Below, in pieces: positions 41,180-55,131 of a stretch of 64,000 bases of DNA. The notes beneath the pieces are model-generated. The model did no database searches, was not told the origin of the DNA, and saw only the letters and a list, made by a program, of their open reading frames with translations. The position numbers and the translations under genes are program-made. Position 1 is the stretch's first letter, and each line of letters begins with the position of its first letter. This DNA is from Vicugna vicugna (lineage: Eukaryota): positions 1 to 64,000 of the forward strand of contig MU058294.1 in NCBI GenBank assembly GCA_013265495.1, read 5' to 3'.

Positions 41180-42049
41180 AAAATAAAGGGATGGAAAAAG
41201 ATATTCCATGGAAATGGAAACCAAAAGAAAGCTGAGGTAGCTATACTTTATCAGACAAAATAGACTTTAAGATAAAGATTATAAGAAGAGACAAAGAAGG
41301 TCATTATATAATGATAAAGAGGTCAATCCAACAAGAGGATAAATGTTTGTAAATATTTATGCACCCAACATAGGAGCACCTAAATGTATAAAGCAAATAT
41401 TAACAGGCCTAAAGGCAGAGATAGACAGCAATATAATAATAGTAAGGACTTTAATACTCCAATTACATTAATGGAGAGGCCATTCAGACAGAAAATCAGT
41501 AAGGAAACATTGGCCTTAAAGTGTTATACCAGTGGGCTTAATGATACTTACAGAACATTCCATCCAAAAGCAACAGAATACACATTCTTCTCAAGCACAC
41601 ATGGAACATTTTTCAAGATAGATCATGTCAGGACACAGAACAAGTCTTAACAAACTTAAGAGGACTGATATATCAAGCGTCTTTTTTCTTAGATCACAAT
41701 GGTATGGAACTTGAAATTACAGAAAGAAAACTGGAAAATTCACAAATGTGGAGATGAAACATTATGCTACTGAAAAACCAGTGGGTCAAAGAAGAGATCA
41801 AAAGAGAGATAAAAAATACCTGAGACATATGAAAATAGAAATGTAACATACCAAAATTTATGGGATGCGGAAAAAGCAGTTTTAAGAGGGAATTAGAAAA
41901 GTCTCAAATAAACAACCTAACTTCACACCTCAAGGAACTAGAAAAAGAATAAATGAAGCCCAAAGTTAATAGAGGGATGACAATAACAAAAATTAGAGAT
42001 GAAATAGAGACTAAAAAGAAAGATTAATGAAACTAAGAGCAAGTTCTTT

Positions 42050-42177
42050 TTTTAAGAAAAATTTTTGGTGGGGAGGATTTATTTATTTATTTATTTTTAG
42101 AGGAGGTACTGGGGATTGAACCCAGGACCTTGTGTATGCTAAGCACGTGCTCTACCTCTTGAGGTATATCCTCCCTC
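42050..42177 (-). mobile_element. tRNA-derived SINE (Vic-1-like) inside L1 ORF2
   Basis: ggaggtactggggattgaacccaggacc core, same family as above. Confidence 0.85.
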
Positions 42178-44619
42178 TGAAAGCTAGTTCTTTGGAAAAA
42201 GTGAACAAACTTGACAAAACTTTACCTACACTCACTAAGAAAAAAAGAGAGGACCCAAATAAAGAATATAAAAAATGAAAGAGGAGATGTTACGACTGAT
42301 ACCACAGAAATACAAAGGATCATACAGACTACTTATGAATAATTTTTTTCTATGAATAATTTTTAAAGCAAGTTTCAGATATATATTTTTATTAACTCTA
42401 GTCATGATGATGTACATTAGGTTTCCAGAACTTACTTATCTGAGAAGTTAAAGTTTGTCCTCTTTGACTAAATCTCCCTGTTTCCCCAACCCCCATCCAC
42501 AGTAACCACCATTCTACTCTGTTACTATGAGTTCGACTTTTTTAGATTCCACATATAAATGGGATCATACAGTGTTTGTCATTCTCTGTCTGACTTATTT
42601 CACTTAGCATAACATCCTCCAGTTTCACCCATATTGTTTCAAACAGCAGGATGTCCTCCTTATGGCTGAATAATATTCCATTTTGTGTGTGTGTGTGTGT
42701 GTGTGTATGTATATATATGCAACATCTTTATCCACTCACTCATTGACATATAATTAGGTTGTTTCCCTATCTTGGCTATTTTGAGTAATGCTTCAATAAA
42801 TGTGGGAGTGCAGATCTTTTTGAGATTCTATTTTCATTTCTATGATAATTATATGCTAGCCAAATGGACAACTAGGAGAAGCAGATGAATTCTGAGACAC
42901 ATACAACCTACCAAGACTGAATTACGATGAAACAGAAAATTTGAACAGACTGATTACTAGTAAGGAGACTGAATCAGTAATCAAAAATCTTCCAATACAT
43001 GAGAAGTCCAGGACCAGACAGCTTCACTGGTGAATTCTACAACACATTCAAATACGGACTAAAACCAATCTTTCCCAAATTCCTCTGAAAAACAGAAAAG
43101 GAGGGAACCCTTCTAAACTCCTCTTATGAGGTCAGCATTACCTTGGTACCAACCAGACAAGGGTAGCACAAGAAAAGAAAATTACTGTCAAATATCTCTA
43201 ATGAATACAGATGCAAAAATCCTCAACAAAATATTATCAAAGTGAAGTCAACAGTACATTAAAAGGATTATATACTATGGTCAAGTGGGATTTAATCACA
43301 AGGACACAAGGATGGTTCAACATCCACCAATCAGTCAATTTGATACACCATCGCAACAAAATGAAGGATAAAAATCATATGATCTTCTCAAGAGATACAG
43401 AAAAAGATTCTGACAAAATTCAACATTCCTTTACCACAAACATTCTCAACACAGTGGGTGAAGGGGAACATTCCTCAACATAATAAAGGCCATGTACGAC
43501 AAACCTACAGCTAACATCAAACTCAATAGTGAAAAGCTGAAAGCATTTCCTCTTAAGATCAGGAACAAAACAAGGATGATAGTATTGGAAGCCCTAGCCA
43601 GAGCAATTAGGCAAGGGAGGGAGGGACGGAAGAAGGAAGGAAGGAGGAAAGAAAGGAAGGGCATCCAAATTGGAAAGGTAGAAGTAAGACTGTCACTATT
43701 TGCAGATGACATGATGTTATATATAGAAAACCCTAAAGACGCCTTCAGAAAACTGCTAGAATAAAAAAAAATTCAAGTTTCTGAACTCAAAATCAATATG
43801 TAAAAATTATTGCATTTCTATACAATAATAACGCAATATCAGAAAGAGAAATTAAAAAAACAATTGCATTTACAATTCCAACAGAAAGAATAAACTACCT
43901 AGGAATAAATTTAACCAAGAAGGTGAAAAACTTGTATACTGAAAAACTGTAAGATACTGATGAGAGAAATTGACCAAAACACAAATAAATGGAAAGATAT
44001 TCTGTGCTCATGGATTATAATAATTAATGTCCGTCCATACTGCCCAAAGCAATCTACAGAGTCAATGCAATCCCTATCAAAATCCCAATGGCATTTTTTT
44101 TGCCACAGAAATAGAACAAGCAGTCCTACAATTTGTATGGAACCACAAAATACCCCAAACAGCCAAAGCAATTTTGATTTATATTCTTAAACCTGTAATT
44201 ATTTTACTTACCTAATTGTCAGTCACAATCCTGTAGGCACAAATAAAAGCCAGTGTAAGATACCCAGGTAGTCACAGTTAGGCACAGATTCTGAGTCACT
44301 CAGTAGTCTATCACCATGGAAGAAACGGAAGAGAACCACAGACCTACAGCCATCATATAAACACTAACACATCTAATAACAGACACATTCACAGTTACCT
44401 ACGAATTCATCCACTCAACAAACCCACAATTCTAAGGCACCATATCATTCTCTACTTCATATAAATAATTCCACATAGTCAGAATATCACACTGGACAAA
44501 ACACTTCCTGTTACTTCTCCCCGAGTCACATACAATCTCAAACACAACTCACACCTAATCCAAAAACAGACACACCAAAGGAAACACCCCACAGCAGCAC
44601 GACGCTGCCCACTTCCACA

Positions 44620-45100
44620 GAGTAGCTCGACGCGACCACGCGCCAGGCCAGACACAGGGGCCCGCCCACTCCGTACACTCCCCTACACACAAACGTACAC
44701 GACGCCCGCGGTGTGCCAGGCCCGGTTCCGGGCGCTGGGGCTTCCTCGCGGACAGAACACAAAATGTCCCCCGCCCCCGTGCCCCCCGCCGCGCAGCTCA
44801 TTCCAGGTCACACCCACGGTCCACAGGGGCGTCCCTACCTGGAACCGAACTCGGAGGCTTAGCACACGCAGGCCCGAGGCTCCCGCGCGTGGCTCTCGGT
44901 TTCCTCTTCCGCTTTTGCGTACCTGCGTCGGGCTCTAGCGTCCTCTCTCTACAGGCTACAGCGGGCTGCGCATGCGCTCTCCCAGGGGCTTGACCCACCG
45001 GCGTCTGGGGCCGGAGCGCGATCCTTGCGCCTGGCGGACTCCGCGCGCAGACTGTACATCCTGGCTCTTCGGGCCTTGAGCTGCGTTACCGCCTGACTTC
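44620..45100. promoter_or_regulatory. CpG-island promoter with NRF1 and ETS-like motifs; probable - strand first exon
   Basis: Dense CpG, not recognisably repeat-derived. TGCGCATGCGC at 44967-44977; CTTCCGC at 44906-44912; - strand donors CCAG|gtaggg (44839/44838) and GCAG|gtacgc (44923/44922). Confidence 0.8.
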
Positions 45101-45457
45101 TTATTTCCCAGTGCGTATTTCTGCTGTAGATGATGGGGCAAATGTGGTTGTGGACAGTTTTTTAACCAGTCTGCGCTGCAAGAAAGAACTGTTTTCTTAC
45201 GGTACTTTTTTCCTTCCTTAGATCTGCAGTTCCATAAGGGAAAAGCCCTGAGGAGGGGGTAAATTCAAAGTTGTTTTGTGTTTTCTTTCTAGAAAGTGCA
45301 TTTTCATTTTTTTAGGGTTTGGAATATTTGTGTGTGTGTGTGTGTGTGTGTGTGTCCTCCTGAGCATTCTGATGAATAGAAGTGAATAGAAGTACATATC
45401 CTGGAGAATTAGTAGTATAAGTATAGTTTTAGTGATTTGTTAAGATTAGTGCTTTCT

Positions 45458-45570
45458 TCTCAAGTGGCAGGGCACATGCTTGGTATACACAAGGTCATGG
45501 GTTCAATCCACAGTACCTCCTCCAAATATTAAGTAAACCTCATTGCCTGTGCTCCCCCTACCCCGACCCC
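45458..45570 (+). mobile_element. Degenerate tRNA-derived SINE (second copy near 47597-47710)
   Basis: ctcaagtggcagggcacatgcttgg...gggttcaatccacagtacctcc. Confidence 0.75.
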
Positions 45571-46582
45571 AGGAGATGATTTAAGTAGTTTCACTCAGAA
45601 AGTGACAGGGCCTTAGTGGGGCTTTTAGAAGCTGGAATGTGAAAATTGGTGTTTGAGCAGAGATGTCTGCATCAACAAAGTAGGTATTCTTTTACAGAAT
45701 GTCTGAGTTTTTTTTGTGTAACAGGTGTGTGAAATTTTCCAGAAGAATCTAAGATCACATATTTATGTGGATGGTGAGAGGCCGTGTGCTGTATTTTTTG
45801 GATCTAGAGTATCTGGATTCCAATATTACTTCTAAAAATTCGTGGGTGTGTGAGCTTGGGCAAATAATCTCTCTATTCCATAGTTTCTCTTCTGTAAATT
45901 GAGGATAATAGTAGTATCAGCACACAGGATCCTTATGAGGCTTAGGAGAGTTCATAAGTGTGAAACCCTGGAAGAATGCCTGGCACATAGTGCTGAATAA
46001 ATAAAAGCTACTGTTATTAAATGGAGATGTTAAAGTCATTCTCCATCAGTTGATCAGAAGCAATATAGGCCTATATAAGTATTTTTTCATGACAAAATAG
46101 GGGTCATACCACACATGGTATTTTGAAATCTGCTTTCTCCATCCAACAACACATAGAAAACTTCTTCATATTAATTTTTCATTAGCCTGTTCTAATGGTT
46201 ATATTGTTTTCCATTGCATGAAGGTACTATAAATTATTTAACTATTTCCTTATTTAAGTACATTGAAATTCTTTCATGCCTTTTTCCATTATAAAATAAC
46301 TCCTGTATACATTTTGGACTTCAGAAACTTCCAGACTTGAAATATATTGCCTTTGTAGTTAGAAATATAAGCTGTACTTATTTTTTTGCTGAGCAGAATA
46401 TTTTCAGCACCATGGGAGGTTCTTTTATTCCATTTTCTAATCAGTTACTAACACATTTTGAAGTTAAATTGAATCCTACAATGTGTACTTTTAAAAATAT
46501 GACTTAAAAACTGATTTGTAAATTTATGTGAAAATTTTTACAAAAGCTAAATATTTCATGTCATCCTTTTTTGGGTTGGGAA

Positions 46583-47464
46583 NNNNNNNNNNNNNNNNNN
46601 NNNNNNNNNNNNNNNNNNNNNNNNNNNNNNNNNNNNNNNNNNNNNNNNNNNNNNNNNNNNNNNNNNNNNNNNNNNNNNNNNNNNNNNNNNNNNNNNNNNN
46701 NNNNNNNNNNNNNNNNNNNNNNNNNNNNNNNNNNNNNNNNNNNNNNNNNNNNNNNNNNNNNNNNNNNNNNNNNNNNNNNNNNNNNNNNNNNNNNNNNNNN
46801 NNNNNNNNNNNNNNNNNNNNNNNNNNNNNNNNNNNNNNNNNNNNNNNNNNNNNNNNNNNNNNNNNNNNNNNNNNNNNNNNNNNNNNNNNNNNNNNNNNNN
46901 NNNNNNNNNNNNNNNNNNNNNNNNNNNNNNNNNNNNNNNNNNNNNNNNNNNNNNNNNNNNNNNNNNNNNNNNNNNNNNNNNNNNNNNNNNNNNNNNNNNN
47001 NNNNNNNNNNNNNNNNNNNNNNNNNNNNNNNNNNNNNNNNNNNNNNNNNNNNNNNNNNNNNNNNNNNNNNNNNNNNNNNNNNNNNNNNNNNNNNNNNNNN
47101 NNNNNNNNNNNNNNNNNNNNNNNNNNNNNNNNNNNNNNNNNNNNNNNNNNNNNNNNNNNNNNNNNNNNNNNNNNNNNNNNNNNNNNNNNNNNNNNNNNNN
47201 NNNNNNNNNNNNNNNNNNNNNNNNNNNNNNNNNNNNNNNNNNNNNNNNNNNNNNNNNNNNNNNNNNNNNNNNNNNNNNNNNNNNNNNNNNNNNNNNNNNN
47301 NNNNNNNNNNNNNNNNNNNNNNNNNNNNNNNNNNNNNNNNNNNNNNNNNNNNNNNNNNNNNNNNNNNNNNNNNNNNNNNNNNNNNNNNNNNNNNNNNNNN
47401 NNNNNNNNNNNNNNNNNNNNNNNNNNNNNNNNNNNNNNNNNNNNNNNNNNNNNNNNNNNNNNNN
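46583..47464. other. Assembly gap (882 N)
   Basis: Run of N. Confidence 1.
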
Positions 47465-48975
47465 GTGTGTGTGTGTGTGTGTGTGTGTGTGTCCGTCCTC
47501 CTGAGCATTCTGATGAATAGAAGTGAATAGAAGTACATATCCTGGAGAATTAGTAGTATAAGTATAGTTTTAGTGATTTGTTAAGATTAGTGCTTTCTTC
47601 TCAAGTGGCAGGGCACATGCTTGGTATACACAAGGTCATGGGTTCAATCCACAGTACCTCCTCCAAATATTAAGTAAACCTCATTGCCTGTGCTCCCCCT
47701 ACCCCGACCCCAGGAGATGATTTAAGTAGTTTCACTCAGAAAGTGACAGGGCCTTAGTGGGGCTTTTAGAAGCTGGAATGTGAAAATTGGTGTTTGAGCA
47801 GAGATGTCTGCATCAACAAAGTAGGTATTCTTTTACAGAATGTCTGAGTTTTTTTTGTGTAACAGGTGTGTGAAATTTTCCAGAAGAATCTAAGATCACA
47901 TATTTATGTGGATGGTGAGAGGCCGTGTGCTGTATTTTTTGGATCTAGAGTATCTGGATTGCAATATTACTTCTAAAAATTCGTAGGTGTGTGAGCTTGG
48001 GCAAATAATCTCTATTCCATAGTTTCTCTTCTGTAAATTGAGGATAATAGTAGTATCAGCACACAGGATCCTTATGAGGCTTAGGAGAGTTCATAAGTGT
48101 GAAACCCTGGAAGAATGCCTGGCACATAGTGCTGAATAAATAAAAGCTACTGTTATTAAATGGAGATGTTAAAGTCATTCTCCATCAGTTGATCAGAAGC
48201 AATATAGGCCTATATAAGTATTTTTTCATGACAAAATAGGGGTCATACCACACATGGTATTTTGAAATCTGCTTTCTCCATCCAACAACACATAGAAAAC
48301 TTCTTCATATTAATTTTTCATTAGCCTGTTCTAGTGGTTATATTGTTTTCCATTGCATGAAGGTACTATAAATTATTTAACTATTTCCTTATTTAAGTAC
48401 ATTGAAATTCTTTCATGCCTTTTTCCATTATAAAATAACTCCTGTATACATTTTGGACTTCAGAAACTTCCAGACTTGAAATATATTGCCTTTGTAGTTA
48501 GAAATATAAGCTGTACTTATTTTTTTGCTGAGCAGAATATTTTCAGCACCATGGGAGGTTCTTTTATTCCATTTTCTAATCAGTTACTAACACCAACTGT
48601 ATTCGTTTTGCTTGTTTTTGAAGTTCATACAAATTGAATCCTACAATGTGTACTTTTAAAAATATGACTTAAAAACTGATTTGTAAATTTATGTGAAAAT
48701 TTTTACAAAAGCTAAATATTTCATGTCATCCTTTTTTGGGAAAAGAACTTTATACTGAATTACCTAGAACATTCAGAATGTATATTCCCTGTGACTATAG
48801 GACAATACTTGCCAATGGGATAAATGTTTTAATTACTGTTCTTTGAAGAATATTCTTTAATGGACCAATAGTTCATGCCTTTTACCTCTGGATCAAGCCA
48901 AATAAGCAGAGAACTAGGGTATATCTTATTGGTCCCAACAGTTGTTTTTCTCTGTACTATAGCCAAACAACTTTT

Positions 48976-49042
48976 TAAAAAATTTTTATTGAGTTATAGT
49001 CAGTTTACAATGTTGTGTCAATTTCTGGTGTACAGCACAATT
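48976..49042 (-). mobile_element. 67-bp L1 3' tail
   Basis: TSD gccaaacaactttt at 48962-48975 and 49043-49056. Confidence 0.85.
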
Positions 49043-49344
49043 GCCAAACAACTTTTATGATTTAAGAAACCACTTCATGAATCTTATTGTATCTATTGTA
49101 AGAATGTAATTAAAGACATTGTTTGTTGCATTACTTTTCTATGTATGTTGCCCATCTATCAACAATAGTTGTACAGTGCAAATGCTGAGCAATTGCTTAA
49201 TTAATCCATATGTGTCCCTTATGCCTGTTCAGTCAATCCTTCCATCCCTACCTTCTCTTAGTCCATATGAAACTACATATCTGCTTTTTGTAACTACAGT
49301 TTTGATATCTATATTTTATAAAAAAGTAAAAATTTCTTTGTTCC

Positions 49345-51300
49345 AGTTTTATTGAGCTATTACTGACTTATAGCACTGTGTAAGTTTAAGGTGTATAGCA
49401 TAATGATTTGACTTACATATACCGTGAATGCCATGATCATCACAATACTTTTAGTTTCCATCATTTCGTATAGATACAAAATTAACTATAACTATGGGTT
49501 TGTCATATATGGCCTTTATTATTTTGAGGCATGTTCCCTTTATGCACACTTTGTTGAGTGTTTTTATCTTAAATGGATGTTGAATTCCATCAAAAGCTTT
49601 TTCTGCATCTATTGTGATGATCATATGGTTTTTATTCTTCAATTTGTTAGGGTTATGGATCACATTCATTGATTTGCTGATACTGAACCATCTTCACATC
49701 CTTGGGATAAATCCCACTTGATCATGGTATATGATCCTTTTAATGTATTGTTACTTTTTCTTTTGTTTGTATTGTTTTCTGAGGGGGAGGTAATTAGGTT
49801 TCTTCTTGACTTGTGCTTGGAGGAGGTACCCGGGATTGAACCCGGGACCTCTTGGGTGCTGAGAATGCACTCTACCACTTGAGCTAGAGCCTTCCCCTTC
49901 CTTTTAATGTATTGTTGAATTCAGTTTGTTAATTTGTTGAGAGCTTTTGCATCTATGTTGATCACTGATATTGACTTTTAATTTCCTTTTTTTTTTGATG
50001 ATATCTTTGTCTGTTTTTGGTATTAGGGTGAATTAGGGTGATACTGGTCTTGTAGAATGAGTTGGGATGCATTTCTTCCTCTGTAATTTTTTTTGGAATA
50101 GTTTGTGAAGGATAGGTGTTAACTCTTCTCTAAATGTTTGTTAAGATTCACCTGTGAAGCTGTCTGGTTCTAGATTTTTGTTTGTTGGGAGTTTTTTAAA
50201 TTATTACTGATTCAATTTCAATACTGGTAATTGGTCTGTTCACATTTTCTATTTCTTCCTGGTTCAGTCTTGGGAGATTGTAAATTTCTAGGAATTTGTC
50301 TAATTATTCTAGTTTGTACATTTTATTGGTATGTAATTGTAGTAATCTCTTATGATCCTTTGTATTTCTGGGGTGTCAGTTGTAACTTCTCATTTTTTAT
50401 TTCTGGTTTTATTGATTTGGGTACTCTCTATGAGTCTGGCTAAAAGTTTATCCAATTTGTTTATCTTCAAAGAACGAGCTGTTAATTTCACTGATCTTTT
50501 CTATTTTTTAGTATATATTTTATTTCTACTATGATCTTTATGATTTCTTCTATTAACATTGTGTTTTATTTGTTCTTCTTTTTCTAGTTCCTTTAGTTGT
50601 AAGGTTGGGTTGTTTGAGATTTTGATGTCCACATTTTAATTTCTGATACTGGTAGTTTGTGTGTTCTCTCTTTTTTCTTGATCGCCTGTGGTAGAGGTTT
50701 ATCAATTTCATTGATCCTTTCACAGAACCAGTTAATTTTTGATTGACTCCCTCTATATCTCAAATTTTCTCTTTCATTGATTTCCACTCTTTATTATTTT
50801 CTTTGCTTTGGGTTTAATTTTCACTTTTAATAGTTTGTCAGTTCTTTGATTTTGATATCTTATTTCTTTTGTAACATAGGACTCTGGAGCTACAAATTTC
50901 CTATGTTGTTTTATTCAGCTGCCTCTCACAAATTTCAGTATGCTATATTGTATTTATCATCAGGTCAAAAGTTTTAAATTTTCCTCACAATTTCTTTCTG
51001 ACTTATGAATTCTTTAGAAATATGCTGTTTAAATATTAATTATTTTGGAGATTTCCCCAAATATCTTTATTTTTGATTTCTAGCTTAATTCTGTTGTGGT
51101 CAGATAATATATTTCAAGCCTTTTTAATTTATAGGGACTTGTTTTATGGCCCCAAATATGGCATCTTGTGTTGAATGTTTTATTTGCAGTTGAAAAGAAT
51201 ATGTATTCTGCTGTTGTTGAATGAAGTGTCCTGTAAATGTTGTTGACTGATACAGTTGGTCAAGTGTTCTTTATTATTATTTTGTGTCTGCTTATTCTGT
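49345..51300 (-). mobile_element. Antisense L1 fragments
   Basis: [22 protein letters not shown] motif (49451-49669) and upstream ORF2 remnants. Confidence 0.85.
49753..49898 (-). mobile_element. tRNA-derived SINE (Vic-1-like) inside an L1
   Basis: Family core plus perfect 18-bp TSD tccttttaatgtattgtt (49735-49752, 49899-49916). Confidence 0.92.
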
Positions 51301-52623
51301 CAATGAATTTGAAGTTAAACATCCTATTGCTTTACTGAAATTGAGGACAAAGCAAAGTAGCCACTGGAGGGAATGGTCGAATGTGGTGAAGATACCTGTA
51401 TACTTAAGGGTAAACACGATGGAAGAATGCCAGCACCTTTTCTGTCTGTGCATTTAACTGAGCTTGTTTAGATCAGCTTCATTCTCAACCATATTTAATC
51501 ATTGTAGGAAAAACATTTTTAATCATTGTAAAACATATTTAATCATTGTAGGAAAAATATGTGCCAATTACATGGAAGATGTGAGATATTATAGGCAATA
51601 AGCCATGTATAGTAACTATTGCATGATTATGGTAAAGAGTATTTTGATAGGGAAGATATTTGATATCTTCCCCCAATGACTCATCTTTGTATTATTTACC
51701 TTTATTCTTATTTTATTTTTATTTCTTAAATCCAGTGGTTTGGTTACTCTACAATTAATTTAATTAAAAACTACTGAATCCTAGTCTTTGTTTCTTAATA
51801 CTGAATAAAGTAGAATTAGATCTCTCCATTGCAGGTTTTAGGTCTATAGAAATACTTGGAAATGAATGGATTAAGACATGAGAAAATGAATATGTAATTG
51901 AAAACAGTGAAATGAGATCAAGACCCACTATACTAGGATAGAGAATAATGAACATGGAATTAGGTAGGTTCTGATCATACAGCCTCTCTGAGAAATGACT
52001 TTTAATCTGGGGCCTGAAGAATGAGAAGGGGTCAGCCCTCTAAAGAGCTATGTCATAAGATCCATGGGGATGAATCAAAATAATGGGAAGTTCCAAAAGA
52101 TGGGAAATAATATGTCAGCTTTAGCACCTTAAAGGAATTTTTTAAGTAGGTTAAAAGGGCAGTGACTTGAGATGAGTTCTTATAAGGAGGGCCTTGTTAT
52201 CCATCTTCTAAGTGAATTGAGAAACCTGTAAGAAAAAAATGTGCAAGTAGAGAATGTAAAAACATTGATCTGCCTCTGATACATTTGATGGAATGGTTAA
52301 AAATAGAGACAGCCAAGACCTGCCCTTAAAGATCCTGATTCACTTGGTCTGGGTTGGTCACTGAAATTAATACCTGCATCAGGCTCTCTAGGTGATTCTG
52401 ATTGAACACTTACATTTTAGAATCAATGATTTCATCTATCGTCATTGTTGCAGATCTCACAACATATGCTTTCATTATTCTCTAAACTCTCTTTGCCTTC
52501 TTCATATTGCATACCTCTTGAAATTCATTTCTAATGTGCTTTATTTTCAGTTTATCACTGACCTCTGCTGTTCCCCCCTACTCTAGTACAGGAAAACAAT
52601 ATTTGTTTTCTTTATTTTTCCAG

Positions 52624-54490
<1,867 letters not shown>

Positions 54491-54794
54491 ACTGAGTCAG
54501 TAATTTTTCTTTCACTCCATTCTCTATAGAATATTAATACAAGGGGAAATGTTTAGGAAACCCCCTTTTTTGCCATTCTTACAACTTACTTGGCATAAAA
54601 TATCTCTTGCCAGGTATTTTAATCTAATGAGTATATAAAAGACTTCTAAAACCACTCAATTCCTGCTGGATATCAGCAAATTTATACTAGAGAAGAATCT
54701 CTTAATCCATCAGGTGTGGAATTGAAGGAAACCCTTTAGCCACAGCACATTCCTAGCCTATCTTCACCTTCAAGATATTCAGCAATATACTTAT

Positions 54795-55131
54795 TAGCTT
54801 TGTGCCACAGTTGTAAAATGGTGAACATAATACCTAACTAACTGTGTTTTTGTGAGGATTAACACCTGTAAACCCTTTTAAGATTATTTGACAAATAAGT
54901 ACAAGCTACTGTTGTTTTGATGATAATCAATAGCATAATCAGTAGTGAATTTTTAAGAGAGAACTAGCTTTGTGCCACAGTTGTAAAATGGTGAAGATAA
55001 TACCTAACTAACTGTTTTTGTGAGGATTAACACCTGTAAACCCTTTTAAGAGTATTTGACAAATAAGTACAAGCTACTGTTGTTTTGATGATAATCAATA
55101 GCATAATCAGTAGTGAATTTTTAAGAGAGAA
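54795..55131 (+). repeat. Tandem duplication, 2 x ~170 bp, containing a MIR-like fragment
   Basis: Copies start at 54795 and 54965 and differ by two substitutions and a 2-bp indel. Confidence 0.95.

Larger units (their letters stand above)
39520..44175 (+). mobile_element. Old L1 (ORF1 remnant to about 40190, ORF2 remnant from about 41010) with nested insertions
   Basis: IIAENFPNL ORF1 motif; endonuclease and RT remnants ([24 protein letters not shown]). Interrupted by the inverted duplicate, (CA)n, a SINE and an antisense L1 3' piece at about 42360-42840. Confidence 0.9.
45329..48742 (+). repeat. Near-identical ~1.25 kb direct duplication (45329-46582 / 47465-48742) flanking the gap
   Basis: Same sequence from (TG)n to tcatccttttttggg, with only a few SNPs and indels. 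Confidence 0.95.

Noticed and set aside
44538..45141. Short ORFs in the CpG island
   Set aside because: No recognisable domain; expected from GC content.
46528..47538. Three ORFs over 300 aa
   Set aside because: They are translations of the N gap.
54795..55131. CRISPR-like or other repeat array
   Set aside because: Simple two-copy tandem duplication without spacers in mammalian DNA; no CRISPR anywhere in the window.
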